DNA of 64,000 nt. Source: Malacoraja senta. Its lineage: Eukaryota. The translations under genes were made by a program, and so were the position numbers. The stretch covers positions 248,001-312,000 of the forward strand of contig JAXLNO010000051.1 in NCBI GenBank assembly GCA_038087875.1. The letters run 5' to 3'. Below are positions 61,483 to 64,000 of this stretch, piece after piece; position 1 is the first letter of the stretch, and every line of letters starts with the position of its first letter. Under the pieces are notes generated by a model. That model ran no database searches. It worked only from the letters and a program-made list of their open reading frames with translations, and was not told where the DNA came from.

Positions 61483-64000
61483 GACTGAATGCATGAATAA
61501 ATGAATGAATAATTTTATTGACCATGTATTCACGTACAATGAATTTGCCTTGATGCTCCGCCCTCAAGTCGAGTTCGAATTCGGGATATTCGTGATAGTT
61601 CGAATTAGAGTTCGAGTTCAAGATATTCGTGATAGTTAACTCGAACTCTATCTTGAACTCGAACTATCTCTAGCTAAAACTCGAATTCGAGTTCGAGTTC
61701 AATAGACAATAGACAATAGATAATAGACAATAGGTGCAGGAATAGGCTATTTGGTCCTTCGAGCCAGCACCGCCATTCAATGTGATCATGGCTGATTATC
61801 CCCAATCAGTACCCCGTGCCTTCTCCCAATATCTCCTGACTCCGCTATTTTTAAGATCCCTATCTAGCTCTCTCTTGAAAGCCTCCAGAGAACCTGCCTC
61901 CACCGCCCTCTGAGGCAGAGAATTCCACGGACTCACCACTATCTGTGAGAAAAAGCGTTTTCTTGTCTCCGTTCTAAATGGCTTACAACTTATTCTTTAA
62001 CTGTGGTCCATGGTTCTGGCCTCCCCCAACATCGGGAACATATTTCCTGCCTCTAGCGTGTCCCAGCCCTTAACAATCTTATATGTTTCAATGAGATATC
62101 CTCTCATCCTTCTAAACTCCAAAGTGTCCAAGCCCAGATGCTCCATCCTGGGAATTAACTACGCTGGACTCCCTCAATAGCAAGAATGTACTTCCTCAAA
62201 TTAGGGGACCAAAACTGCACACAATATTCCAGTTGTGGTCTCACTAGGGCTCTGTACAACCGCAGAAGGACCTCTTTGCTCCTATATTCGATTCCTCTTG
62301 TTATAAAGGCCAACATGCCATTCGCTTTCTTCACTGCCTGCTGTACCTGCATGTTTACTTTCATAGACTGGTGTACAAGGACCCCCAGATCCCGTTGTAC
62401 TTCCTCGTTTCCCAACTTGACGCTATTTAGATAGAAATCTGCCTTCCTGTTTTTGCTACCAAAGTGGATAACCTCACATTTATCCGAATTGAACTTCATC
62501 TGCCATGCATCTGCCCACTCCCCAACCTGTCCAAGTCACCCTGCATTCTCATAGCATCCTCCGCCCAGTTCACACTGCCACCCAGCTTTGTATCTGCAAA
62601 TTGCCTAATGTTACTTTGAATATCTTCATCCAAATCATTGATGTATATTATAAATAGCTGAGGTCGCAGCACCGAGCCTTTCGGTACGCCACTAGTCACT
62701 GCCTGCCATTCTGAAAGGGACCAGTTAATCCTTATTCTTTGTTTCCTGTCTGCCAACCACTTCTCTATCCATGTCAGTACTCTACCCCCAATACCATGTG
62801 CCCTAATTGTGCCCACTAATCTCCTATGTGGGACCTTATCAAATTCTTTCTGAAAGTCCAGGGACACTATATCCACGGGCTCTCCCTTGTCCATTTTCCT
62901 AGTTACATCTTCAAAAAATTCCAGTAGATTAATCAAGCATGATTTACCCTTCGTAAATCCAAGTTGGAGTTGGAGTTCGAGTTCGAGATAGAATTGAGGG
63001 TCGAGATAGAATTCGAGTTCGAGATAGTTCGAGTTAGAGTTCAACTTCGAGCTCGAGTTCGAGTTAAATGAATGAATGAATGAATGAATGAATGAATGAA
63101 TGAATGAATGGATGAATACGTTTATTGGCCAAGTATTCACATACAAGGAATTTGCCTTGGTGCTCCGCCCGTAACTTGAATTCCAACTCGAGTTCGAGAT
63201 AGATAGTTTTCGAGTTCGAAATGGAGTTCGTGATAGAGTTCGTGTTAGAGTTCGAGTTCAAGTTGGAGTTGGAGTTGGAGTTGGAGTTCGAGATCGAGTT
63301 CGAGTTCGAGTTTGGGAGAGAGTTCGAGATAGCGTTAGAGTTCGAATTCGAATTCTAGTTCGAGATCGAGTTCGAGATAGAGTTCGAGTTCTAGAGAGAT
63401 TTCGAGATAGACTTCGAATTCGAGATAGATTTCGAGTTCGAGATAAAGTTTGTGATAGATTTCGAGTTCGAGATAGTGTTCGGGTTCGCGTTCAAGTTCG
63501 AGCTCGAGTTAGAGTTGAATGAATGAATGAATGAATGAATGAATGAATGAATGAATGAATGAATAAGTTTACTGGCCAAGTATTCGCATACAAGGAATTT
63601 GCCTTGGTGCTCCGCCCGTAAGTCGAATTCCAACTCGAGTTCGAGATAGAATATGAGGTCGAGTTCGCGTTCGAGTTCTAGATATTTCGAGTTCGAGATA
63701 GAGTTCGAGTTCGAGTTCGTATTCGAGTTCGCGAAAGAGTTCGAGATAGATATAGAGTTCGTGATAAAATTCGAGATACAGTTCGAGTTCAAGTTCGATT
63801 TGGAGTTGGAGTTGGAGTTCGCGTTCGAGTTCGAGATAGAGTTCGAGTACGAGATACAATTCGCGCTCGTTCGAGTACGAGTTCAAGATAGAGTTCGGGA
63901 GAGTTCGAGATAAATGAATGAATGAATGAATAAATGCATAAGTTTATTGGCCATGTATTCACATACAAAGAGTTTGTCTTGGTGCTCCGCCCTGAAGTCG
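60821..64000 (+). repeat. Composite satellite, GAGTTC orientation, with (GA)n at ~61418-61480
   Basis: Cores near 60821 (truncated), 61513, 63121, 63568, 63943. Confidence 0.95.
61700..62960 (-). mobile_element. CR1 (HER1-like) LINE 3' fragment, paralogue of 1257-2035
   Basis: ORFs 62155..62499 and 62496..63146 (GKSCLINLLEFFE, SLDFQKEFDKVPH, GVPKGSVL); (CAATAGA)n tail; same internal deletion junction GCTCCATCCTGGGAATTAAC. Confidence 0.93.

Noticed and set aside
43059..62960. CR1 at 43059(+) and 61700(-) as mirror parts of the inverted duplication
   Set aside because: Different tails (TTTCTATG versus CTATTGT) and subfamily sequence; the 61700 copy is instead paralogous to 1257-2035

Overview
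Gene-free, repeat-saturated eukaryotic region; no host protein-coding gene, rRNA, tRNA or CRISPR is supportable. The element set (HER1-type CR1, Rex1/Babar, fish-type L1, Tx1, Vingi-like, Mag-type Gypsy, Penelope terminal-repeat remnants) suggests a cartilaginous fish such as a skate or ray; this is inference from recalled family features, with no search run. The backbone is a CpG-rich composite satellite: degenerate (GAGTTC)n blocks punctuated roughly 50 times by an invariant ~55-bp core plus (GAAT)n. Read on the GAACTC strand, the core looks like the extreme 3' end of a Rex1-type LINE (stem-loop, AATAAA, microsatellite tail). Embedded in it are: a 7-copy ~2.3-kb tandem array of a dead Rex1 fragment, a 200-N scaffold gap, a decayed Gypsy element with discordant LTRs and an internal 2.4-kb tandem duplication, three CR1 copies, and a ~14-kb inverted duplication of a Rex1/Vingi/Tx1 nest with an ORF2-intact L1 at its apex. 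Most interesting: (1) the LINE-tail satellite and the co-orientation of CR1-group/Rex1 LINE insertions with its GAACTC strand; (2) Tx1-like inserts repeatedly hitting one 11-bp site in Rex1; (3) a hairpin cluster in the long L1 inter-ORF spacer. Coordinates, counts and similarities were read by eye and may be off by a few bases.
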